Of a DNA stretch of 64,000 nt, positions 1 through 11,403 are shown piece by piece (positions within the stretch are counted from its first letter, which is position 1; every line of letters begins with the position of its first letter). A program made the translations under genes and the position numbers. Location of the stretch: NCBI GenBank assembly GCA_965232515.1, contig CBDDPY010000002.1:4896001-4960000 (forward strand). The letters are read 5' to 3'. The notes under the pieces were generated by a model. It had not been told where the DNA came from, did not search any database, and saw only the letters and a list, made by a program, of their open reading frames with translations. This stretch comes from Alphaproteobacteria bacterium (lineage in GTDB: Bacteria > Pseudomonadota > Alphaproteobacteria > GCA-2731375).

Positions 1-425
1 ACGAGGTCCGCGCGCTCATCGGCGAGATGTCGCAGGACAAGGCGATCATCATCTCGACCCACATCCTGGAGGAGGTCGACGCCGTCTGCACCCGGGCGCT
101 GATCATCGCCAAGGGCCGCATCGTCGCCGACGGCACGCCGGACCAGCTCGAGGCCCGCTCCGAGCTGCACAACGCGGTGTCGATCACCACCACGGCCGAT
201 GGCGCGGCAGACGCCCTCACCGGTCTGCCCGGCGTGCGCAAGGTCGAACGGGTCGGCGACAACATCTACCGGGTCTATCCGCAGAACGGCCAGTCGGTGA
301 TCGCCGAGGTCAGCGCGCACGCGCGCCAGCAGGGCTGGCCGGTCGATCAGCTGATCGTCGAGAACGGTCGGCTGGACGAGGTCTTCCGCCGGATCACGGC
401 GGACGGCGAGTCGGAGGCGGCCTGA
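1..425 (+). CDS. ABC transporter ATP-binding protein (GldA-like), 5'-truncated by window edge
   Basis: IIISTHILEEV H-loop plus C-terminal extension; stop overlaps the start of the next permease (TGATG). Confidence 0.85.
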   Translation, partial: EVRALIGEMSQDKAIIISTHILEEVDAVCTRALIIAKGRIVADGTPDQLEARSELHNAVSITTTADGAADALTGLPGVRKVERVGDNIYRVYPQNGQSVIAEVSAHARQQGWPVDQLIVENGRLDEVFRRITADGESEAA

Positions 426-1159
426 TGGGCAATACCTTCACGATCTTCAAGCGCGAGCTGAAGGGCTACTTCAACACGCCACTCGCCTACATCTTCATCG
501 TCATCTTCCTGTTTCTGACCGGCATCTTCACCTTCTATCTCGGCGCCTTCTTCGAGCGCAGCCAGGCCGATCTGAAGCCGTTCTTCACCTTCCACCCCTG
601 GCTCTACTTGTTCCTGGTGCCGGCGATCTCCATGCGCCTGTGGGCGGAGGAACGCAAGGCTGGCTCGATCGAGCTGCTGCTGACCCTGCCGGTGTCGCTG
701 ACCGCCGCCGTGCTGGGCAAGTTCCTGGCCGCCTGGGTCTTCACCATCATCGCGCTCGCCTGCACCTTCCCGATGTGGATCACGGTCAGCTATCTCGGCA
801 ATCCGGATCACGGCGTGATCCTGGCCGGTTATATCGGCAGCGCGCTGATGGCTGGCGGCTATCTCGCGATCGGCGCCTGCATTTCGGCGGCAACCAAGAA
901 CCAGGTCATCGCCTTCGTCGTCAGCGTCGTGATCTGCTTCGTCTTCACGGTGTCGGGCGCGCCCATCGTGCTCGATTTCTTCGCCGCCTGGGCGCCGCAG
1001 GTGCTGCTGGACACGATCGCGTCGTTCAGCTTCCTCGGCCATTTCCAGGCCATCGTCGACGGCGTCATCGACCTGCGCGACATCGTGTTTTTCCTCTCGC
1101 TGATCGCGTTCTGGCTGTTCGCCAACCTGATCGTCGTCGAAACCAACAAGGCCGGATGA
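425..1159 (+). CDS. ABC-2 type permease (GldF-like)
   Basis: KRELKGYFNTPLAY and SMRLWAEERKAGSIELLLTLP motifs; about 6 hydrophobic segments. Confidence 0.88.
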   Translation: MGNTFTIFKRELKGYFNTPLAYIFIVIFLFLTGIFTFYLGAFFERSQADLKPFFTFHPWLYLFLVPAISMRLWAEERKAGSIELLLTLPVSLTAAVLGKFLAAWVFTIIALACTFPMWITVSYLGNPDHGVILAGYIGSALMAGGYLAIGACISAATKNQVIAFVVSVVICFVFTVSGAPIVLDFFAAWAPQVLLDTIASFSFLGHFQAIVDGVIDLRDIVFFLSLIAFWLFANLIVVETNKAG

Positions 1160-1169
1160 GGGACCGCAG

Positions 1170-3128
1170 ATGAACAGAGGCGTTCTTTCCGTCATCGGGC
1201 TGGTGCTGGCGGCCATCACGTTCCTGGCCGTCAATGTCGCGTCCAACAACGCGCTGAACTCGGCGCGACTGGATCTGACCCAGGACCGGTTGTTCACGCT
1301 CAGCGACGGCTCGCGCAACATCATCGCCGCGCTGGAGGAGCCGATCACGCTGCGGCTCTATTTCTCCGAGACCGCGGCCAACGCGATCCCGCAGATCAAG
1401 ACCTACGGCCAGCGGGTGCGCGAGCTGATCGAGGAATACGTCACCCTCTCGGGCGGACGGATTCGGCTTGAGGTGATCGATCCCGAGCCCTTCACCGAAG
1501 CCGAGGACGATGCCGTGCGCGCCGGCCTGCAGGCCGTGCCGCTGACCGCCGGGGTGTCGCTCTATTTCGGCCTAGTCGGCACCAATACCGTCGACGATCA
1601 ACAGGTCGTGCCGTTCTTCAGCCAGGAAAAAGAGCAGTTCCTGGAATACGACCTGACCCGGATCATCTACAACCTGACCGATCCGGCGAAGCCGGTGGTC
1701 GGCCTGATCACGGCGCACCAGATGAACGCCGACGTCTCGCCGCTGATGCGGGTCGGCGGCGGCGGGCCGCAGCCCTGGGCGATTACCGAGACGATCCGCG
1801 AGACCTTCACGCTTCGAACCGTCGACCGCGGCGCCGAGGCCATCGATGAGGATATCGACGTGCTGCTGATCGCGCATCCGGCCGGATTGCCCGATACGCT
1901 GCTCTACGCCATCGACCAGTTCGTACTGCGCGGCGGCAAGGCGCTGGTCTATGTCGATCCGTTCTCCGAGGTCGCGGCGGCGTTCGCCCGGCAGCGCGGC
2001 GGCGCGCCGGACGTGTCCGATCTTGGCCCGTTGCTCGCCGCCTGGGGCGTCGCGGTCGAGGACGGCAAGATCGTCGGCGACTGGGCCGCGGCGCAGCAGG
2101 TCGATGCCGGCACGCCGGGACGGCCGCGGGTCACCCGCTACCTGCCCTGGCTGCAGGTCGATACCGGCAACTACGACGGCGGCGACGTCGTCATGGGCGA
2201 ACTGGGCCCCATTGCGGTCGCCACCGCCGGCAGCATCGTCAAGCTGAGCGAGGGCACGACCGAGGTTACGCCACTGATCACCAGCAGCGACCAGGCCATG
2301 CTCTACGAGGCCGACGACGTGCGCTTCGGGCCGAATCCCCAGGCCCTGATCGAGAACTTCAAGCCGGCGGGCAACAGCTTCGTGCTCGCCGCGCGGATCA
2401 CGGGCGACGTCACCTCGGCCTATCCCGACGGACCGCCGAAGCCGGCCGACGGGGCCGCCGAAAAACCGGCTGGCGAAGAGGCGGAGAAACCGGCGGATGC
2501 CGCCGCCGAGCAGCCGGCGAACGGCAGCGAAGAGCCGATCAAGCATTTGAGCGAGAGCCAGCAGCCGATCAACGTGATCCTGGTGGCGGATTCGGACCTG
2601 CTCTATGACCAGTTCTGGCTGCGGCGGCAAGGTTTCCTCGGACAGCAGCTGGTGATTCCGATCGCCTCCAACGCCGACATGGCGGTCAACGCGCTCGACA
2701 ATCTCGCCGGCTCCAGCGATCTGATCAGTCTGCGCAGCCGGGGCAAGTCGGCCCGGCCCTTCGTCGTGGTCGAGGATTTGCGTCGTGCCGCCGAGCAGAC
2801 ATTCTTGGCCGAGGAGCGCGAGCTGCAGGCCAAGCTCGAGGCGAAGCAGCAAGAGATCAACGAGCTCGAGGGCTCGGCCAATGCCGGCGGCGGCGCCCTG
2901 CTGACGGCCGAGCAGCAGCGCACGATCGTCGAAGCGCGCGAGGAAATCCTCGAGACCCGGCGCGCGCTGCGTGACGTGCAGCACAATCTGAACAAGGACA
3001 TCGAGAATCTGGAAGCGCGGCTGAAGTTCGCCAATATCGGCCTGATCCCGATCGTCATCGGCATCGGCGCCCTGGTATTGGCGGGCTTGCGCATTCAGAG
3101 CCGCCGCCGCGCGCGGCGCACCGACTAG
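1170..3128 (+). CDS. GldG-family ABC transporter auxiliary protein
   Basis: N-terminal TM, RLDLTQDRLFTLS motif, DQFVLRGGK, C-terminal coiled coil and TM. Confidence 0.85.
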   Translation: MNRGVLSVIGLVLAAITFLAVNVASNNALNSARLDLTQDRLFTLSDGSRNIIAALEEPITLRLYFSETAANAIPQIKTYGQRVRELIEEYVTLSGGRIRLEVIDPEPFTEAEDDAVRAGLQAVPLTAGVSLYFGLVGTNTVDDQQVVPFFSQEKEQFLEYDLTRIIYNLTDPAKPVVGLITAHQMNADVSPLMRVGGGGPQPWAITETIRETFTLRTVDRGAEAIDEDIDVLLIAHPAGLPDTLLYAIDQFVLRGGKALVYVDPFSEVAAAFARQRGGAPDVSDLGPLLAAWGVAVEDGKIVGDWAAAQQVDAGTPGRPRVTRYLPWLQVDTGNYDGGDVVMGELGPIAVATAGSIVKLSEGTTEVTPLITSSDQAMLYEADDVRFGPNPQALIENFKPAGNSFVLAARITGDVTSAYPDGPPKPADGAAEKPAGEEAEKPADAAAEQPANGSEEPIKHLSESQQPINVILVADSDLLYDQFWLRRQGFLGQQLVIPIASNADMAVNALDNLAGSSDLISLRSRGKSARPFVVVEDLRRAAEQTFLAEERELQAKLEAKQQEINELEGSANAGGGALLTAEQQRTIVEAREEILETRRALRDVQHNLNKDIENLEARLKFANIGLIPIVIGIGALVLAGLRIQSRRRARRTD

Positions 3129-3148
3129 CACAGGCGGAGACCGACGAC

Positions 3149-4255
3149 ATGCGATCGAAATCTCTGACCATTCTCGCCATTCTGGCCGTCACCTCGGTCG
3201 TGGCCGCGGTCGCGGCGGTCTATCAGCGGAGCAGCATCGGCCGCATCGCCGCGCCGTCGGACGCGTTGTTCCCCGGCCTGCTGGAGCGGGTGAACGATGT
3301 CGCCGCGGTGTCCGTGGTGACGCCCGAGGGCGCGTTCACCATTCGCAAGAGCGCGGACGACGCCTGGGTGATGGCCGAGAAAAGCGACTATCCGGTCCAG
3401 TTCGAGACCATCAAGCAGGCCGTGGTCGGCATGGCGTCGCTACGGCCGTTGGAGGCCAAGACGGTCAAGGCCGACAAATATCCCCGCCTGCAGGTCGCCG
3501 ATCCCGATCCGGATAACGCCGGCAGTGGCGAAGGCACGCTGATCCGGTTGGAAGACGCTGGCGGCGGCGAGATCGCCGGCCTGATCGTCGGCAAGACCAA
3601 ATCGGTCGAAACCAGTTCGCGGCCCGGCTGGTATTACGTGCGCAAGCCGGGCGACGCGCAGTCCTGGCTCGCCAGCGGCCGGATCGAGGTCTTCGAGAAG
3701 GCGACCGGCTGGCTCGACGCCACGATGATCCGGATCGAGCGCACGCGCATCCGCGCCGCCGAGACCGTTCAGCCCGACGGCACCGCGCTGCAGATCAGCC
3801 GCACCGATCCGCGCGGCCGCGACTTCGACGTCGACAATGTGCCCGAAGGCGGCAAGGTCAGCTTCGAAACCGCGCCGAACGCGCTCGGCTCGGCGCTTAC
3901 CTACGTCAGCTTCGACGATGTCCGGCCGGCGAGCGACGTCAGCTTCGACAGCGCCGGCAAAGCGGTCTTCAGCACCTTCGATGGCCTCGTGGTGACGACC
4001 GAACTGGCCGACATCGACGACGTGACCTGGGTGCGTTTCTCGGCCGCGTTCGACGAAGCGGCCGTTGCGCTGGATGGATTGAGCGAAGACGACGCCAAGG
4101 CGATGATGTCGGCAGACGACGTCAAGGCCGAGGCCGAGCGGATCAATACGCGCTACGGCGCCTGGGCCTATCGCCTGCCAGACTACAAGATCAAGGACCT
4201 GCGCACCGCGCTTAGCGACGTCGTCACGTCGGAGGACGGGGACGGCAAGTCCTGA
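3149..4255 (+). CDS. DUF4340-like membrane-anchored periplasmic protein
   Basis: GGAG RBS; N-terminal TM; occupies the usual fourth position after gldAFG-like genes. Confidence 0.72.
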   Translation: MRSKSLTILAILAVTSVVAAVAAVYQRSSIGRIAAPSDALFPGLLERVNDVAAVSVVTPEGAFTIRKSADDAWVMAEKSDYPVQFETIKQAVVGMASLRPLEAKTVKADKYPRLQVADPDPDNAGSGEGTLIRLEDAGGGEIAGLIVGKTKSVETSSRPGWYYVRKPGDAQSWLASGRIEVFEKATGWLDATMIRIERTRIRAAETVQPDGTALQISRTDPRGRDFDVDNVPEGGKVSFETAPNALGSALTYVSFDDVRPASDVSFDSAGKAVFSTFDGLVVTTELADIDDVTWVRFSAAFDEAAVALDGLSEDDAKAMMSADDVKAEAERINTRYGAWAYRLPDYKIKDLRTALSDVVTSEDGDGKS

Positions 4256-4304
4256 GGTCCGCGGCGTGCGAGCAACTTCCGTCATCGTATGTAACCGTCG
4301 TCAC

Positions 4305-4319
4305 TGGCACGGGACGTGC
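4305..4319 (+). promoter_or_regulatory. Putative sigma54 -24/-12 site
   Basis: TGGCACG-GGAC-GTGC; correct GG-N10-GC spacing, one mismatch to TGGCACGN4TTGC. Confidence 0.35.
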
Positions 4320-4447
4320 GAATCAGCTATCCACCTGTCTGTCGATCGACGCGTACCAGTAGCGCGCGTCTGTATGCGTACCCCGGGGCCGCCGACGGGC
4401 GGCCCCAAACTTCTCCGAACATTGCGGTCCAAGGTTTCCGCCGGCGT

Positions 4448-4476
4448 CTTGACGACGCATCGGCGTCGACGCATAT
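4448..4476 (+). promoter_or_regulatory. Putative RpoH (sigma32) promoter of htpG
   Basis: CTTGAC-N16-CGCATAT about 80 bp upstream of htpG; resembles the alphaproteobacterial RpoH consensus CTTGAA-N16/17-CCTATAT. Confidence 0.6.
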
Positions 4477-4556
4477 GGCAGACGACGCTGCCGGCATAGC
4501 CGCGTCGGCGGCCCATTCCGCAACAATGCATCTAAACGAATAAGAGCAGGACTGAC

Positions 4557-6431
4557 ATGAGCGAGGAAAAACTGTCGTTCCAGGCAGAGGTGGCCAAGCT
4601 GCTGAAGCTGATGGTGAATTCCGTCTACAGCGACAAGGAAGTTTTTCTGCGCGAACTGATCTCGAATGCGTCTGACGCCTGCGACAAGCTGCGCTATCAG
4701 GCCATCACCGAGCCGGCGCTTACGGCGGATGATCCGGATTTTCGCCTGTCGTTGAAGATCGACAAATCAGCCCGCACGATCGAGCTGGCCGACAACGGCG
4801 TCGGCATGAACCGCGATGATCTGATCGCCGATCTCGGCACCATCGCGCGCTCGGGCACCGGCGCCTTCGTCGAACAGCTCTCGGGCGACGCCGCCAAGGA
4901 CATGGCGATGATCGGCCAGTTCGGCGTCGGCTTTTATTCCGTGTTCATGGTCGCCGACCGGGTCGACGTGATCAGCCGCAGGGCCGGCGAAGAACAGGCC
5001 TGGAAATGGTCGTCGGACGGTCTCGGCGAATTCACCATCGTCGAGTCCGAGCGGGACGGCCGCGGCACCACGATCGTCATCCACGTGCGCGACGGCGAGG
5101 ACGAATGGCTCGAGCCCGAGCGCCTGAAAGCCGTGGTCAAGACCCATTCCGACCATATCGCCCTGCCGATCGTGCTGCGGGGCGATGACGGCGAAGAAGC
5201 GTTGAATGCCGCCTCGGCGCTGTGGACGCGGGCGAAGAAGGACATCACGCCAGATCAGTACAAGGAATTCTACCACCACGTCGGTCGCGGCTTCGACGAT
5301 CCCTGGCTCACCGTCCACTACAAGGCCGAGGGCAAGATCGAGTATTCCGTGCTGCTGTTCGTGCCGACGCAGCGGCCGTTCGATCTGTTCGATCCGGCCC
5401 GGCGTCACGGCGTCAAGCTCTACGCCAAGCGTGTCTTCATCGCCGACGAGTGCGAGGGGCTGGTGCCTGGTTATCTGCGGTTCCTCAAGGGGATCGTCGA
5501 CAGCGAGGACCTGCCGCTCAACATCAGCCGGGAGATGCTGCAGTCGAGCCCGATGGTCACCCATATCGGCAAGGCCGTGACCAACCGCGTGCTCTCCGAG
5601 TTGAAGAAAAAGGCCGAGAAGGCGCCGGACGAATATGCCGAGTTCTGGAAGAACTTTGGGCCGGTGCTTAAGGAAGGCATCTACGAGGACACGGACCGCC
5701 GCGACGACCTGCTGGCCCTCTCCCGCTTCCGCTCGATCAACAGCGAGACGCCGATCAGCCTGCAGGACTATATCGCGGCCATGAAGGACGGCCAGCAGGC
5801 GATCTACTACATCACCGGCGAGGACGCCGACGCGCTCGCCAAGAGCCCGCAGCTCGAAGGCTTCCGCGCCCGCGGGCTCGACGTCCTGCTGCTGACCGAT
5901 CCTGTCGATGATTTCTGGCTCCAGATCGTGCCGAACCACGACGGCAAGGAGTTCAGGTCGGTGACCCGGGGCGGCGCCGACCTCTCCGATATTGCCGTCG
6001 ACCAGGCCGACGCCGCCGCGGACGACGACGCCACGGCGGTACGCGATTCCGAGATCGCCACGCTGATTGCGCTTCTGAAGCAGAACCTTGGCGACGCGGT
6101 GAAGGACGTGCGCACATCCGACCGTCTGACCGACAGCGCCGTGTGTCTCGTCGCCGACGAAGGCGATATCGACATGCATCTCGAACGCATGCTGAAGGCG
6201 CATCAGCGTCTCGAGCAGGCCTCGGCCCGGATCCTCGAGATCAATCCGCGCCACGCGTTGATCAAGGCCCTGAGCGCGCGTGTCGGTGAGAAGGGCGCCG
6301 CCGACAAGTTCGCCGATATCTCGCTTCTGTTGCTCGATCAGGCCCGCATCATCGAGGGCGAGCCCCTGCCCGATCCCGCCGCCTTCTCCCGCCGCATGGC
6401 GGACGTGATGGCGAAGGGGCTGGTGGCTTAG
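4557..6431 (+). CDS. htpG: Molecular chaperone HtpG (Hsp90)
   Basis: FLRELISNASDA, IGQFGVGFYS, DLPLNISREMLQ and LEINPRH Hsp90 signatures. Confidence 0.98.
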   Translation: MSEEKLSFQAEVAKLLKLMVNSVYSDKEVFLRELISNASDACDKLRYQAITEPALTADDPDFRLSLKIDKSARTIELADNGVGMNRDDLIADLGTIARSGTGAFVEQLSGDAAKDMAMIGQFGVGFYSVFMVADRVDVISRRAGEEQAWKWSSDGLGEFTIVESERDGRGTTIVIHVRDGEDEWLEPERLKAVVKTHSDHIALPIVLRGDDGEEALNAASALWTRAKKDITPDQYKEFYHHVGRGFDDPWLTVHYKAEGKIEYSVLLFVPTQRPFDLFDPARRHGVKLYAKRVFIADECEGLVPGYLRFLKGIVDSEDLPLNISREMLQSSPMVTHIGKAVTNRVLSELKKKAEKAPDEYAEFWKNFGPVLKEGIYEDTDRRDDLLALSRFRSINSETPISLQDYIAAMKDGQQAIYYITGEDADALAKSPQLEGFRARGLDVLLLTDPVDDFWLQIVPNHDGKEFRSVTRGGADLSDIAVDQADAAADDDATAVRDSEIATLIALLKQNLGDAVKDVRTSDRLTDSAVCLVADEGDIDMHLERMLKAHQRLEQASARILEINPRHALIKALSARVGEKGAADKFADISLLLLDQARIIEGEPLPDPAAFSRRMADVMAKGLVA

Positions 6432-6463
6432 CCGGGCAAACTATTGAAGGCTTTGATCCCGTA

Positions 6464-6540
6464 GCCCTCACCCTCCCACACGACTGGTGTCGCGCGGGTC
6501 CCTCCCTCTCCCGCAAGCGGGAGAGGGCTGGGGTGAGGGC
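6464..6540. repeat. Nested palindromic intergenic repeat (CCCTCACCC...CCCTCTCCCGC-AA-GCGGGAGAGGG type)
   Basis: Outer IR gccctcaccc/gggtgagggc and inner hairpin ccctctcccgc-aa-gcgggagaggg, between convergent genes. Confidence 0.75.
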
Positions 6541-6543
6541 TGT

Positions 6544-7224
6544 TTATTCAAACCCGCTGAACCGCGCGAACTCCGCCACCGGCGCCCGTTCCGTGCGCAG
6601 GCTGTTCTCGATCGCACCGTCGTCCTCGTAACCCAGCGACATGCCGCAGACCAGCGCCTCGTTCTCGGGCACGTCGAGATGCTTGCGGACGATTCTGTGG
6701 AAGCGCGGCCAGGCGGCCTGCGGGCAGCTGTGCAGGCCGAAGCCGCGGGCCGCCGTCATTACGTTGCCGATGAACATCCCGTAATCGAGCCAGCTGCCGA
6801 TCTCCAGCCGCTTGTCGATGAAGAAGAACAAGCCGACCGGCGCGTCGAACAGCAGGAAGTTCCGGTCGTGCTGATGATAGGCCTTCTCGCGGTCGCCCTT
6901 CTCGATGCCCAACAGGCCGTAGAGCGCCCAGCCGACGGCGCGGCGACGCGCCAGGTACGGCTCTGGAAATCGGTCGGGGTAGTAATCGAATTCCGCCTTG
7001 TGAATGCTGCCGTCCTTGTCCTCGGCCCGGGCCGCGCGCGTCTCGGCGCAGAGCGCGTCCTTGGCGGCGCCGGCGCAGACATAGACCTTCCAGGGCTGGG
7101 TATTGGTACCGCTCGGCGCGCGCGAAGCGATTCTCAGGATCTCTTCCACGGTCTCGCGCGGCACCGGCGTCGGCAGAAAGGCGCGGACCGAGCGGCGGCT
7201 GGTGATGGCCTCATGGGCATGCAT
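6544..7224 (-). CDS. Nitroreductase family protein
   Basis: SRRSVRAF and APSGTNTQPW FMN-binding motifs; start re-picked at ATG 7224 with GGAG upstream. Confidence 0.9.
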   Translation of the reverse strand: MHAHEAITSRRSVRAFLPTPVPRETVEEILRIASRAPSGTNTQPWKVYVCAGAAKDALCAETRAARAEDKDGSIHKAEFDYYPDRFPEPYLARRRAVGWALYGLLGIEKGDREKAYHQHDRNFLLFDAPVGLFFFIDKRLEIGSWLDYGMFIGNVMTAARGFGLHSCPQAAWPRFHRIVRKHLDVPENEALVCGMSLGYEDDGAIENSLRTERAPVAEFARFSGFE

Positions 7225-7306
7225 GTGCGGAACTCCGGAACCAATCAACAATCGTTGGGAATCGTCGGCTGACAGCGGATCTTGCGACATCGTGCCGGCG
7301 CGACGC

Positions 7307-7336
7307 AAAGAAAAGCCCGGCCGTTTCAGGCCGGGC
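7307..7336 (-). terminator. Intrinsic terminator downstream of DUF1223 gene
   Basis: Minus strand gcccggcc-tgaaac-ggccgggc followed by ttttcttt. Confidence 0.7.
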
Positions 7337-7364
7337 GGGAGCTTACACGACGTATCAGAGGAGG

Positions 7365-8114
7365 TCAGGAACTGTCGGGTCCGAGTTCCATTTTGGCGGC
7401 GCCCAGAACGGGGCCATACATGCCGCGCTGCACGATCACCACGCAGCCGTCGGGGCCGCCCCGGTTCAGGTCGGCCGGGCTCAATGCGATTTCCATCTCG
7501 CGGCCGCGCCAGAGACCGAGATTCCGGACCTCGCGGACCACGTTGTAGTAGCTCAGCTTGCGGCCGGCGTTCTCGCCGCGGCGCACGTCGACATCGTGCT
7601 TCTTGTCGTAGATCGCCAGCCAGACCGAGGCGTCGCCCTGGAAATGGCCGGCCGGAATACGCACCACGATGCGGCCGTTCTCGTCGGTCCGGAACCGGAC
7701 CTTCAACGCCATGCCGGTGTTCTGCCGGGACTTCTCGATCGCCCGCTCGACCGAGCGCCGGTCCGAGCCGACGGCGTGCGTCATGCCGCCGATCACCATC
7801 TGCGGCGTGTAGACGCGCCGGTCGCCCATGGCCGTGGCGTAGCCCCGCTGCCGGTCGGTGCTCTCGGGCGAGGCGAAGGTGTCCTTCCAGCCGATGTAAT
7901 CCCAGTAATCGACGTGGAACGACAGCGCGATCAGGTCGTCCCGCTCGGCCAGCCGGCCCAGATAGGCGTCGGCCGGCGGACAGGAACTGCAGCCCTGGCT
8001 GGTGAACAGCTCGACCACGGTCGGCGAGACCGTATCGGCCGTCTGCGCTTGGGCCGGCGCCCACAGGCCGGTCATCAGCGCGGCCGTGGCGGCAAGTGTC
8101 AGCAATGATTTCAT
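7365..8114 (-). CDS. DUF1223 secreted thioredoxin-like protein
   Basis: Signal peptide; VVELFTSQGCSSCPPAD, HVDYWDYIGWKD and RGENAGR motifs. Confidence 0.9.
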   Translation of the reverse strand: MKSLLTLAATAALMTGLWAPAQAQTADTVSPTVVELFTSQGCSSCPPADAYLGRLAERDDLIALSFHVDYWDYIGWKDTFASPESTDRQRGYATAMGDRRVYTPQMVIGGMTHAVGSDRRSVERAIEKSRQNTGMALKVRFRTDENGRIVVRIPAGHFQGDASVWLAIYDKKHDVDVRRGENAGRKLSYYNVVREVRNLGLWRGREMEIALSPADLNRGGPDGCVVIVQRGMYGPVLGAAKMELGPDSS

Positions 8115-8297
8115 GCCGGATAACCTAGTCGGCGGCAGGTTCACTAAAAAGTCACGTGTCGGTGATTTTCCTCACCGAAACATAAACGAGCCCACAACAA
8201 TTTTCAGCGTCGCTCAAGGCCGTGACCGCGGCCCGCCGGCTTATCCGGCGCGCCCGCGCAGGCGCGGACCGTTAGGTCCGCTGCCGGGAGCGCAAAA

Positions 8298-10985
<2,688 letters not shown>

Positions 10986-11403
10986 GGCAATCCCCTTTAG
11001 ATATGCGGTGGTCTGCGATCGGGCGCGCGTAGAGCGATAGCGCCGGTCTCGATACCATCAATTGAGCCCATTACGGCTTAGATAACGTGAATTTGGTCGG
11101 AAATCGATGGCGATTTCGCCCCAAATTACCCCGCGATCCCGACACAGGCGCCGGTCGAACAACGCATCACGCGGGCAATCACGGCAAACTGATGCGCTTG
11201 ACCGGCGAAGGCCGGTTACTTTAACTAACGCTCGTCCGTCGCCTTGGCGGCTGGGCGGCGAAGAGCCAGGAAATGGCCGCGAACGATGCCGGCTTTGCCG
11301 GCAGCACGGCGTTCCGAGAGACCGAAAACGGCACGGAGCGGCGGAGAACGGGGCGGGCTGCCGCTGGATGGCGGCCCGACGTAGTGGGAGGCAAGGACTG
11401 CTG

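Noticed and set aside
4266-4543. Four short ORFs in the htpG upstream region
   Set aside because: No RBS or motifs; they overlap promoter-like elements.
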